Assembly (NCBI GenBank): GCA_964384675.1
Contig: CAYLNK010000002.1
Span: forward strand, 1,516 to 65,515
Direction of reading: 5' to 3'
DNA length: 64,000 nt
From: an uncultured Holophagales bacterium
GTDB lineage: Bacteria; Acidobacteriota; Thermoanaerobaculia; UBA5066
Both the position numbers and the translations under genes were made by a program. Each line of letters opens with the position of its first letter. Position 1 is the stretch's first letter. This document shows, one piece after another, positions 20,009-28,256 of the stretch. The notes under the pieces are model-generated. The model was not told the origin of the DNA and did no database searches. It saw only the letters and a program-made list of their open reading frames with translations.

Positions 20009-20983
20009 ATGGCAACGAAGGACCCGTACGAGCTGCTCGGGGTCGAGCGGAACGCGTCGGACGCGGAGATCAAGAAGGCGTATCGGCGGCTGGCGCGCAA
20101 GCACCATCCGGACGTCAACCCCGGTGACGTCTCGGCGCAGAAGAAGTTCCAGGAGATCGCGTCGGCGTACGAGGTCCTGAAGGACCCGGCGCGACGTGCC
20201 CGCTACGACCGCACGGGCTCCGCGGACGAGACCCCTCCGCCGCCCCCGGCGGCGAGCGGGAGCCCGTTCGGGGGCGGTGGAGGGGTCCGGTGGAGCGCCG
20301 ATTTCGGGGACCTCTTCTCCGAGATCTTCTCGGGAGCCTCCCGCGCTGGCTTCGGGGCCCCCGAGGAGGAGGATGACGACGTCGCGGTTCCCCTCACGAT
20401 CCCGTTCAAGGACGCGGTCCTCGGCGGTCCGGTGACGTTCAAGGCGAGGATCCCGCGACGCTGCTCCCGTTGCGGGGGCTCGGGGCGCTCCGGGCGCAGC
20501 TCCTGTCCTGCCTGCCATGGCGGGCGCTTCGTGGTGGAGAACGAGAAGCTGTCGGTTCGAATCCCGGCTGGCGTGCAGAGCGGCTCGAAGATACGGGTGC
20601 CGGGAAAGGGCCGCTCCGAGGGGGGCGACCTCTACATCACCCTGACCGTGGAGGCACATCCCTATTTCCAGCGGGATGGTGACGACATCCAGGCCGAGGT
20701 CCCGATCACGGTGGCGGAAGCGTACGTCGGGGCGGAGATCGAGGTGCCGACGATCCACGGCCCGGTGAGGGCGCGCATCCCGTCCGGGACGGCCGGTGGC
20801 CAGCGTTTCCGATTGCGAGGGCGGGGGATCCTGAATGGGCATACCAGCATCACGGGCGATCACTACTACCGGATCGCCATCGTGATGCCGAGTCGTGTGA
20901 CGGACGAAGGACGGGTGGCCGCCGAAAGGTTCGCGACGCTGTACACGGAGGATCCGCGAGCGACGCTACCGAAGGGGCTGTAG
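20009..20983 (+). CDS. DnaJ-domain chaperone (DnaJ/CbpA-like with Cys-rich zinc finger)
   Basis: J domain with HPD (KHHPDVNP), G/F-like region, CxxCxGxG zinc-finger repeats (CSRCGGSG, CPACHGG), C-terminal substrate-binding domain. Confidence 0.85.
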   Translation: MATKDPYELLGVERNASDAEIKKAYRRLARKHHPDVNPGDVSAQKKFQEIASAYEVLKDPARRARYDRTGSADETPPPPPAASGSPFGGGGGVRWSADFGDLFSEIFSGASRAGFGAPEEEDDDVAVPLTIPFKDAVLGGPVTFKARIPRRCSRCGGSGRSGRSSCPACHGGRFVVENEKLSVRIPAGVQSGSKIRVPGKGRSEGGDLYITLTVEAHPYFQRDGDDIQAEVPITVAEAYVGAEIEVPTIHGPVRARIPSGTAGGQRFRLRGRGILNGHTSITGDHYYRIAIVMPSRVTDEGRVAAERFATLYTEDPRATLPKGL

Positions 20984-21145
20984 GGTTCGGGGAGGCCCAG
21001 CGAGGGCCTCCCCGCCTCACCAAGGAAAGCGATTCGTGTGGGAGGGGTTCGGGGAGGCCCAGCGGGGGCCTCCCCGCCTCACCAAGGGAAGCGATTCGTG
21101 TGGGAGGGGTTCGGGGAGGCCCAGCGGGGGCCTCCCCGCCTCACT
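20984..21145. repeat. Tandem 61-bp repeat (2.6 copies), each unit carrying a 10-bp-stem GC hairpin, between convergent genes
   Basis: Unit GGGTTCGGGGAGGCCCAGCGGGGGCCTCCCCGCCTCACCAAGGGAAGCGATTCGTGTGGGAG repeats at about 20984, 21045 and 21107, the last copy truncated. The hairpin is GGGGAGGCCC-agcgg-GGGCCTCCCC. The array fills the gap from the stop of the DnaJ-like gene to the stop of the minus-strand gene at 21146. Confidence 0.85.
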
Positions 21146-22198
21146 TCAGTGCCGTTCCGCCATCTGGCGCAGGAGGCCGAGCGCGCGATCGATGTTGAAG
21201 TCGTCGCGGATGGAGATGGTGGTCGCGGGGAGATCGGGCGTGGCGTCCCCGCGAACGAACCTCAGGCTGCTCGGCTCCTCCCAATAGAAGGTCGGCATCC
21301 CCTCAGGCGAGATCAGCGTCCGGACGCTCTCTCCACGCACGTCGACGCGGACCGGAATCGCCCCTTCGCGGACTCCACGGCTGATCGGAATGTGAGCGCG
21401 AACGTAGGAGTCGCGGTCGGGGGTCTTCGAGCCCTCGGACAGCAGCTTCGAGATGTCGTCCGGGAAGTTGATCCGGATGACGCAGTGCTTCTGCGCCGCC
21501 AGGTTCACGAAGCTGACGAGGACGCCGCCGTTGGCGCCCGGATCGGGGACGACGTCGGGGTACTGATACGAGGAGAAGGGGAGTCCGGACGCCGGCGTCG
21601 GGCCGGTCACGCCGTGCAGGGCGTTCAGGTCGAACGCGCGCACGCCGTCGGAGTCGAGCACGCCGTCTTCGACGAAGAGGCAGGCATAGCGGGCCTGGGC
21701 GTAGGAGCTCTCCTCCCACCAGACCACCGACACGACCGAGCGGGTCTTCGGGACGCGCGCGCCGTCCTTGTCCACGTCGGTGTACTTCTGCCGCGTGACC
21801 AGGAGGCGCGGGTTCTTCGAGCTGTAGAGTCCCGCGTTCGGGAGGATGTTCTGGCTGATCCAGCGGCCGTCGCGTCGGACCGCGATGTTGATGTCGGAGT
21901 GGTAGCCCCGCATCTTCGTGAAGACGACGAACACGGTCTTCGTCACGCTGTCGTAGTCGAGCGACGCCACACCCTCGAGGTCGGAGTCGAGCGAGCCCTC
22001 GACGATGTCCGCCGAGGCCCAGCCGTCCGGCCGGGTAGACCGCAGCACAAGCATGCTGCCGAGGGACGACTTCGCGGAGACGACCTCCAGGAGAGTTCCG
22101 TCCGGGGTCATCAGGTCGGCGCGGCGGGAGTCCGCCTGAGCGGGCAACGCGAGGAGGACCGGAAGGACGGCGAGGAGACCGAACCGGACGCGGCGCAT
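21146..22198 (-). CDS. Secreted hypothetical protein (350 aa)
   Basis: Signal peptide MRRVRFGLLAVLPVLLALPAQA. No recognisable catalytic motifs. Codon usage is typical for the genome. Confidence 0.6.
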   Translation of the reverse strand: MRRVRFGLLAVLPVLLALPAQADSRRADLMTPDGTLLEVVSAKSSLGSMLVLRSTRPDGWASADIVEGSLDSDLEGVASLDYDSVTKTVFVVFTKMRGYHSDINIAVRRDGRWISQNILPNAGLYSSKNPRLLVTRQKYTDVDKDGARVPKTRSVVSVVWWEESSYAQARYACLFVEDGVLDSDGVRAFDLNALHGVTGPTPASGLPFSSYQYPDVVPDPGANGGVLVSFVNLAAQKHCVIRINFPDDISKLLSEGSKTPDRDSYVRAHIPISRGVREGAIPVRVDVRGESVRTLISPEGMPTFYWEEPSSLRFVRGDATPDLPATTISIRDDFNIDRALGLLRQMAERH

Positions 22199-22201
22199 GA
22201 C

Positions 22202-23128
22202 TCAGCCCCTCAGGTTGATGACGTTTCGAAAGTCGAAGACGTCGAGGTAGGCCCGGAGGTTGCGGAATTCCGGGTAGTGGGCGGCGAGTCGATCGAAGTA
22301 CCCCTCGGCGGCGCCTGAGTCTCCGCTCAGGTGGCACGTTTCGCCGAGGAGGTAGAGGAAGTTCTTCTCCAGGTCCTTCTCGCCGACCAGCTCGACCCGC
22401 TCGAGCCCGGCTTCACCGAAGTAGCGTGCCTCCGCGTAGCGGTCGAGCTTGAGGTATCCGAAGCAGAGGTCGAGGAGCGGGAAGACCGTCAGACCGGGCG
22501 ACTGGGTCCGCTCGAGCTGCTCGAACGAGTCGTGAACCAGCGCGAGCCCGTCCGGGACGAGGTCCAGCGCCATCAGGCAGTAGCCCAGGTTGTCCTGGAT
22601 GATCGCCTGTACCGTCGGGGAGACACCGCCGTTCTCCCGGGACGAGGTCCAAGCCGTCCGGTAGGTTTCCGCGGCCTCGCCGAAGCGGCTGTCCGCCACG
22701 AGGAGCATCCCGCTCTGGTTCGCGGCGCCGATCGCCAGCAGCGGCTCGCCGGGCAGCGCGCTCGCGTGCTGCACCGCGATGCGGTTGTAGAAGAGGGCCT
22801 TCTTGAGGTCCTTTCTGAGCTCGCAGACGCGCGCGATGTTGTAGGCCGCCCGGAAGCTGGTGCCCGGATCGGTACTGCGCAGGAGTATCCGCTTGAGCTC
22901 GAGGAACTCGGCGTCGGCGGAGCCGGTCTCGACGGCGGCGGTCGAGCGGCAGACGTAGATCCAGTCCACGAAGGCATCGTCCCCGGTCTCGCGAGCCGCC
23001 GCGAGCGCGGCATCGAAGACGGCGAGCGCCTCGGTGTACTGGCCACGATCGTTGAGGGGGACGCCTTCGAGCCGCAGCCTCTCGGCCTCGGCGCGCCGGC
23101 CGTCCGGGGTCCTGATCTCTTCGGCCAT
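22202..23128 (-). CDS. TPR-repeat protein
   Basis: 308-aa helical repeat protein with TPR-like A/L/Y/F periodicity. Tightly linked (3-6 nt gaps) to the upstream HTH gene and the downstream secreted protein. Confidence 0.6.
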   Translation of the reverse strand: MAEEIRTPDGRRAEAERLRLEGVPLNDRGQYTEALAVFDAALAAARETGDDAFVDWIYVCRSTAAVETGSADAEFLELKRILLRSTDPGTSFRAAYNIARVCELRKDLKKALFYNRIAVQHASALPGEPLLAIGAANQSGMLLVADSRFGEAAETYRTAWTSSRENGGVSPTVQAIIQDNLGYCLMALDLVPDGLALVHDSFEQLERTQSPGLTVFPLLDLCFGYLKLDRYAEARYFGEAGLERVELVGEKDLEKNFLYLLGETCHLSGDSGAAEGYFDRLAAHYPEFRNLRAYLDVFDFRNVINLRG

Positions 23129-23134
23129 GCTTCG

Positions 23135-23563
23135 CTACGCCTCGTCCTCGCTGGAGTCGACGTCGTCGACCGAGCCAGTCGCGTCGCGCCGTCGGGCTTC
23201 GTTTTGCATCCTCTTGAAGGCCACGAACTCCCGCACCTCACGGCGCGAGCTCTCGGACAACGCCGACCAGTCCGAAAGGAGACCGGCCTGATCGGCGGGC
23301 AGTCCATCCGGAACGGCCACGGGCTCTGGCTCGGCCGGGGCCTCCTCGAAGAACCGGCTCATCGAGAGCTCGAAGACCTGGAGGATCCGGAAAAGGGTGT
23401 CCAGGCCGACCTTGTACTCCCCGTTCTCCATCCGCGACAGGTCCGACTGCGTCACGCCGATGCGTGCCGCGAGGTCGGCCTGGGTCAGATGACGGCTCTT
23501 CCGGATCTGCCGGATCTTCTGGCCGACCATCTGGATCTGGCGAACGGGTGGAGCTGCGCTCAT
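23135..23563 (-). CDS. XRE-family helix-turn-helix transcriptional regulator
   Basis: IRQIRKSRHLTQADLAARIGVTQSDLSRMENGE is a canonical HTH_XRE motif. Acidic C-terminal tail. Confidence 0.8.
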   Translation of the reverse strand: MSAAPPVRQIQMVGQKIRQIRKSRHLTQADLAARIGVTQSDLSRMENGEYKVGLDTLFRILQVFELSMSRFFEEAPAEPEPVAVPDGLPADQAGLLSDWSALSESSRREVREFVAFKRMQNEARRRDATGSVDDVDSSEDEA

Positions 23564-23610
23564 GGTCCAGGTTCTAAGATACGCCGCGAAAGGCTGCTGT
23601 CAAGCTCCAT

Positions 23611-24387
23611 ATGACTGGGAACCATAGACCGCTCTTCGTGGTCCAGCAGCTCGTCAGACGAGACCTGGAGACGCGATTCGCCGGGAGCGCCGGCGGCCTG
23701 CTCTGGACGATCCTGAACCCCGTCATCCTCTGCCTGCTCTACGCGTTCGTCTTCTCCCGGGTCCTCCAGGTCTCGCCCCCGGAGGGCTTCCGCGGGACGT
23801 ACGCCCTCTTCGTCCTCGCCGGTCTCGTGCCGTGGCTCGGGCTCCAGGAGGCCGCCCTGCGGGGTGCGACCGCGGTGACCGACCAGGCGCACCTCGTCCG
23901 GAAGCTGTCGTTCCCGGCCGTGCTCCTTCCCCTCTCGGCCCTGGCGACGGCGCTTCTCGTGCAGCTCGCGGGCCTCGTCCTGGTGGCCGCGTTCGCGGCG
24001 GTCGACGGGGCCCTGCGCCTCGATCCGCTCCGGCTCGCCGGAGCGCTGGCGCTCCAGGCGGCCGCGCTGTCGGGCCCGATCATCGCTCTCGCCGCGGTCA
24101 ACGTCTTCGTGCGGGATCTCCCCCAGCTCCTCGCGCCTGCCCTCCAGATCCTCTTCTATCTGACTCCGATCCTCTATCCGGCCGAGAGGGTGCCTGCCTC
24201 GGTCTCCCGATTCACGGCCTTGAATCCGTTCGCGGACCTCACCGGCCTCTTCCGGGCCGGCCTCCTCGGGACACCCTCCCCACCCGTTAGCCGGCTGGTC
24301 CTGTGGGCACTCCTGAGCGCTGTGATATGCTTTTTCAGCATCCGCCTTTTCAGGCGATGCAGCCAGCATTTTTCGGACCTTCTGTAG
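23611..24387 (+). CDS. ABC-2 type polysaccharide/polyol-phosphate exporter permease (Wzm/KpsM/TagG-like)
   Basis: 258 aa, six TM segments. The N-terminal RRDLETRFAGSAGGLLWTILNP motif is typical of Wzm/TagG permeases. No adjacent ATPase. Confidence 0.8.
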   Translation: MTGNHRPLFVVQQLVRRDLETRFAGSAGGLLWTILNPVILCLLYAFVFSRVLQVSPPEGFRGTYALFVLAGLVPWLGLQEAALRGATAVTDQAHLVRKLSFPAVLLPLSALATALLVQLAGLVLVAAFAAVDGALRLDPLRLAGALALQAAALSGPIIALAAVNVFVRDLPQLLAPALQILFYLTPILYPAERVPASVSRFTALNPFADLTGLFRAGLLGTPSPPVSRLVLWALLSAVICFFSIRLFRRCSQHFSDLL

Positions 24388-24463
24388 CGCTGACTGACGT
24401 GCCTTCCTTCCTATCTCTGGCGTGGGGCTGCCGCCCCGCGAACCGTGCGCCCAAGGAGTCCTC

Positions 24464-26227
24464 TTGAAGCGTTTCCTCGCCCTGGCCCTGCCTGCCGTCG
24501 TCGCCGTCGCCGGCTGCTCCACGTCGCAGGCTCCCGGCCCGAAGGCGGCCGCGCCGGCCGCCGCCCCGCAATCCTCGCCGACCGCGACACCGACTCCGCT
24601 GCCGGAGTCGCCCGCCCTGGCCGAGGACGTGGCACGCCTCGAGCTGCAGAAGAAGTTCCGGGCCACGGAGGCCGCGGTCACGGGCAAGTCCTCGACGGGA
24701 GACGACCAGGTCACCCCCGCCCCCGTCGTCTTCGTGGATCCGGCCACCGGCAAGAAGATGGAGCGGATCCCGAAGAACCCGGCCCTCTACGTGGTGCGGG
24801 GCCGCCTCTACTTCGCTGGGCTGGCCGCCAGCAAGGGGATCCCGCTCGTCCGGGAGGATGCCGACGCCTACTACGTGGAGGTCAAGGCCGAGAAGCCCGT
24901 GGCTCCGCCAGCCTCACCCACGCCGGCTGCGGAATCCCTCGAGGGGCTCAAGCCGATCGTGGAGGTGCCCGAGGAGGAAGCCGTCGAGATCGTCCCTCCG
25001 ACGTCCGCCATCCAGATCCACCTCGAGGACGCCTCCCACGGCCTTCCCAACGCCGGAATCTGGCGGGACAACTTCGACGTCAAGGACGTGGACGGTGACG
25101 GGCGGCCCGAGATCGTGACCCCGCCCGCCCGCCTCTCGGGTGACGACATCCAGGCTTACAAGCTCAAAGGGAACCAGTGGTCCCGCGTTCCCCTCAAGTT
25201 CGACGATCCCCAGCAGATCGGCTTCGAATACGGGGGCGTCGCGGTCGGGGACATGGACGGCGACGGCCGGAACGACATCATCTTCGGGAAGCACGGGGGC
25301 GGCCCGACGATCGCCTACAACAAGGGAAAGGGGCTCTTCCGGGTGGAGACGAGGGGCCTGCCGAAGCTGATGACCACCCGGGCCCCCGTCGTCGGGGACC
25401 TGGACGGCGATGGCCGGCTCGACGTCTTCGCCGTCTCCGACATGCCGGAGGCCGCCGACATCGCGCTCGCGGAGCGGAACGGGAATGCCTCGGCGCGGCT
25501 CCCCCGGGTCGACGGCTACCTGCCGGGCTTCGACGCACGCGGCTTCCTCTCGCGGGGCGGGAAGTACGAGGAGGTCCACGCAGGCCTCGAAGAGTGCTGC
25601 TTCGGCTACAACATCGGCCTGATGGCGCCGGCCCCGGACGGCGGCAACCCGTTCTACGTCTCGTCCTGCCGCTACATCAACGGGACGGGGATGCTGTACG
25701 AGTTCGATGCCCGAACCTCGAAGTGGCTCTACGTGGGCCGCAACGTCGTCGAGCTCTACGCCAACCACGTCGGCAGCGCGGTCGGACGTTACATGGGGCA
25801 CCCCGCGGCGTTCGTGGCGGTCACGAAGAACACCCCTCCGGGGGCCTCGAAGAACGTGACCGGGGACGGTCTCTCGATCTACTACCGCGACGGGGGCGTC
25901 TGGAAGCGGACGCGCATCATGAAGGTCATCAAGGACCCGAGCGCCTCGCAGGGCCTGGCGGTGGGGGACCTGAACGGGGACGGCCTCGACGACGTGGTGT
26001 ACGCCGACGACGGCCTGCTGCGGGTGCGGGTCTTCTTCCAGACGGCCAAGGGCGGCTTCGAGGAGCTCGCCTCGGACCTCGAGCCGACCTACACGAATCA
26101 CTCGTCGGCCATCCGGCTCGCCGACGTGGACGGAGACAAGCGGCTCGACATCGTCCTGATGACCCACTACCTCACGGGCGACGAATCGCGGGCCGGGGGC
26201 TTCCGGGTGTTCCGGAACCTACGCTAG
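24464..26227 (+). CDS. Lipoprotein with FG-GAP/VCBS-like (integrin-alpha beta-propeller) repeats
   Basis: TTG start 5 nt after a perfect AAGGAG SD. Lipobox LPAVVAVAGCS. Repeated DxDGDG calcium-binding-like motifs (DVDGDGRPEI, DMDGDGRNDI, DLDGDGRLDV, DLNGDGLDDV, DVDGDKRLDI). Confidence 0.7.
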   Translation: MKRFLALALPAVVAVAGCSTSQAPGPKAAAPAAAPQSSPTATPTPLPESPALAEDVARLELQKKFRATEAAVTGKSSTGDDQVTPAPVVFVDPATGKKMERIPKNPALYVVRGRLYFAGLAASKGIPLVREDADAYYVEVKAEKPVAPPASPTPAAESLEGLKPIVEVPEEEAVEIVPPTSAIQIHLEDASHGLPNAGIWRDNFDVKDVDGDGRPEIVTPPARLSGDDIQAYKLKGNQWSRVPLKFDDPQQIGFEYGGVAVGDMDGDGRNDIIFGKHGGGPTIAYNKGKGLFRVETRGLPKLMTTRAPVVGDLDGDGRLDVFAVSDMPEAADIALAERNGNASARLPRVDGYLPGFDARGFLSRGGKYEEVHAGLEECCFGYNIGLMAPAPDGGNPFYVSSCRYINGTGMLYEFDARTSKWLYVGRNVVELYANHVGSAVGRYMGHPAAFVAVTKNTPPGASKNVTGDGLSIYYRDGGVWKRTRIMKVIKDPSASQGLAVGDLNGDGLDDVVYADDGLLRVRVFFQTAKGGFEELASDLEPTYTNHSSAIRLADVDGDKRLDIVLMTHYLTGDESRAGGFRVFRNLR

Positions 26228-26265
26228 GGCTTATGGGGAGAAAGCATATTCCGGCCGAAAAATAC

Positions 26266-26294
26266 TTGACATTCATATCCACGGTTCCTTACAT
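26266..26294 (+). promoter_or_regulatory. Candidate sigma-70-type promoter (TTGACA-17-TTACAT) in an AT-rich intergenic region
   Basis: TTGACATTCATATCCACGGTTCCTTACAT lies about 230 nt upstream of the Cys-rich secreted protein gene. The intergenic region 26228-26523 is markedly AT-richer than its surroundings. Confidence 0.35.
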
Positions 26295-26523
26295 TCCCCT
26301 TTAAGTCGGATGTGGACCATCACGAGTCTCCGCCTGGATTTGCATTCCCGTGGCGCCGCGCTGCCGCACGCCACTCGATCGAACTGGACGTCGAACATGA
26401 CAGGAACTCTCGGAGCTGCGACTCGAACGATGATGACGGAGGTGATCCAGTATCGCGGGAGGATGGAGTTTGGAGTTTCGCGAATTGAACCCGGTCTCAA
26501 TAACTGAATCGGTAGGAGTAAAG

Positions 26524-28077
26524 ATGAAAAAGCTTTCCGCTCTGGCAGCTCTCGGCCTTCTGGCGGCCTCTGGAGCTGGCTACGCGGCGACGTGCTCGCA
26601 GGACAACGTGCCTGCCGCGACGCTGCTCGTGCCCCACTTCAAGGTCAGCCGCGGCACCGCCGACGGCACGGGTCAGATCGCGCCGCAGGGCACGAACACC
26701 GTGATGGCGATCACGAACGTGTCCAACAACGGCGTCATCGCCCACTTCGTCGTGTACAACAAGTACTCGGCGCTGGTCGTCGACTTCAACGTTCCCCTCA
26801 CGGGTAACGACGTCGCGTTCTTCGACATGCGTCAGATCCTCAACGGGGACCTGAACCTGAACAAGAACCTGCAGGCGACCGGCAAGACCGACGCGTGCAC
26901 GACGACCCCCGGCTACGGCCCCACCCGGTACGTCCGCTTCACGAACCCGGACTCGACGGACAAGCTCCTGGCCATCTCGATCTATCCGCCGCTCTCCGGC
27001 TCCTTCCTCAGCGACATGCGCGACTCGCTCGACGAGTCGGGCGACGTCACGTCGTTCCTCAGCGCCAAGTCCGCCAACATCCTCGACGAGGACAACCAGC
27101 GGTGCGGCTCTGACGTCGACGGCAAGGTCGCGGGCGACTTCTCGGGGTACATCACGATTGACGTCGTGAACTACTGCACCCTGCACAACCCGTCCGACAA
27201 CGACGCGCTCTACTTCATCAACGACGCGATCGCGACGACCGGCTGGTCCCCGAACGGCTGGACGCCGAACGTGCTCATGGGCGACATCTTCTATGTCGAC
27301 CCGGCGGCCGCCGGCGGCAACATCAGCGGCGATCCGATGGTCGCCCTGGAGTTCGACGCTCGCCTCGCGACCTCGACCTGCAACTGGTTCAACATCGCCG
27401 GCGTCGCCGGTGAGACCAGCTGCAAGACCTTCTACAACCGCTACTACAACTACCCGGCCTCCCAGAACGACAACGCGGCCACCCCGGCCTCCGTCCCGGT
27501 TGCCTACCGTGGCATCGGCGACGGCCGCGAGCCGCTCACCTCGCGCTACGGCTTCCGCTACCTGTCCGACCAGACCAACGGCCTGACCTCGTGGGCCCTG
27601 GTGTGGCGCTCCGACCTCTGGACCGCCATCAGCATCGCTCCGGACAAGTCCACCACCCTCTGCGAGTGGTGGGGCGACTGCCTCTCGTCCGACATCAACA
27701 ACTGCCGCGGCTGGGGCTCCTGGGATACCCCGCACCAGCTCTCGATCGGCATCTACAACAACGACGAGGGTCAGTACGCCGCCAGCCAGCAGGGCTGCCC
27801 GTCGCCCTGCCAGACTCTCCCGACCCCGTACATCTACCTCGAGACGCAGCGCATCTCCCTCGCGGGCAACGCTGACATCGGCCTCAACGACCCGGGCTTC
27901 AAGGGCGGCTGGATCGACCTGACCATGGGCGGCTTCCCGGCCACCCACCAGGCCTGGGTTGGCATCCAGCACTCGGCCCCCGGCCAGTTCGTGTCCGTCG
28001 GCCACTCGGCCACGGTCCTCTCGAACCAGTTCATCTGCGTTCCGTCGCTCTTCGGCGCCGGCAACATCGTCAACTAG
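26524..28077 (+). CDS. Secreted Cys-rich protein (517 aa), hypothetical
   Basis: SD GGTAGGAGTAAAG-ATG. Signal peptide MKKLSALAALGLLAASGAGYAA. About 14 Cys in the mature protein and many Asn/Asp/Trp. 5' codon usage (AAA, AAG, CTT) is less GC-biased than in neighbouring genes. Followed by a canonical terminator. Confidence 0.7.
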   Translation: MKKLSALAALGLLAASGAGYAATCSQDNVPAATLLVPHFKVSRGTADGTGQIAPQGTNTVMAITNVSNNGVIAHFVVYNKYSALVVDFNVPLTGNDVAFFDMRQILNGDLNLNKNLQATGKTDACTTTPGYGPTRYVRFTNPDSTDKLLAISIYPPLSGSFLSDMRDSLDESGDVTSFLSAKSANILDEDNQRCGSDVDGKVAGDFSGYITIDVVNYCTLHNPSDNDALYFINDAIATTGWSPNGWTPNVLMGDIFYVDPAAAGGNISGDPMVALEFDARLATSTCNWFNIAGVAGETSCKTFYNRYYNYPASQNDNAATPASVPVAYRGIGDGREPLTSRYGFRYLSDQTNGLTSWALVWRSDLWTAISIAPDKSTTLCEWWGDCLSSDINNCRGWGSWDTPHQLSIGIYNNDEGQYAASQQGCPSPCQTLPTPYIYLETQRISLAGNADIGLNDPGFKGGWIDLTMGGFPATHQAWVGIQHSAPGQFVSVGHSATVLSNQFICVPSLFGAGNIVN

Positions 28078-28107
28078 GTCTCGAGAGAAACCCGGTTTTT
28101 CCGGATC

Positions 28108-28142
28108 GGAGCGGGGGGAAACCCCCGCTCCTTTCTTTTTTT
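28108..28142 (+). terminator. Rho-independent terminator
   Basis: GGAGCGGGGGG-aaa-CCCCCGCTCC followed by TTTCTTTTTTT, immediately downstream of the Cys-rich secreted protein gene. Confidence 0.75.
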
Positions 28143-28189
28143 CGGGAAAGATCCCCGTGACGCAGGGCACTACCCGTCACCGGTCCAGG

Positions 28190-28218
28190 TTGCCGGACTT
28201 ACGTAAATGACTTAGCAT
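28190..28218 (+). promoter_or_regulatory. Candidate sigma-70-type promoter (TTGCCG-17-TAGCAT) with an embedded TTACGTAA palindrome
   Basis: About 40 nt upstream of the giant protein 1 start codon. The spacer contains the perfect 8-bp palindrome TTACGTAA. Confidence 0.3.
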
Positions 28219-28256
28219 GCCAGGGGTACGGGTTTGTCCTTCCTCTTCGTGCAGGG

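Noticed and set aside
19941-20015. Longer glgC N-terminus from the ATGs at 20015 / 19973
   Set aside because: Codons in the extension are AT-ending (CCA, AAA, GAT, ACT, GAA, AAT), atypical for this genome, and there is no SD. The GTG at 19940 has GGCGAGGGG upstream and gives a canonical GlgC N-terminus.
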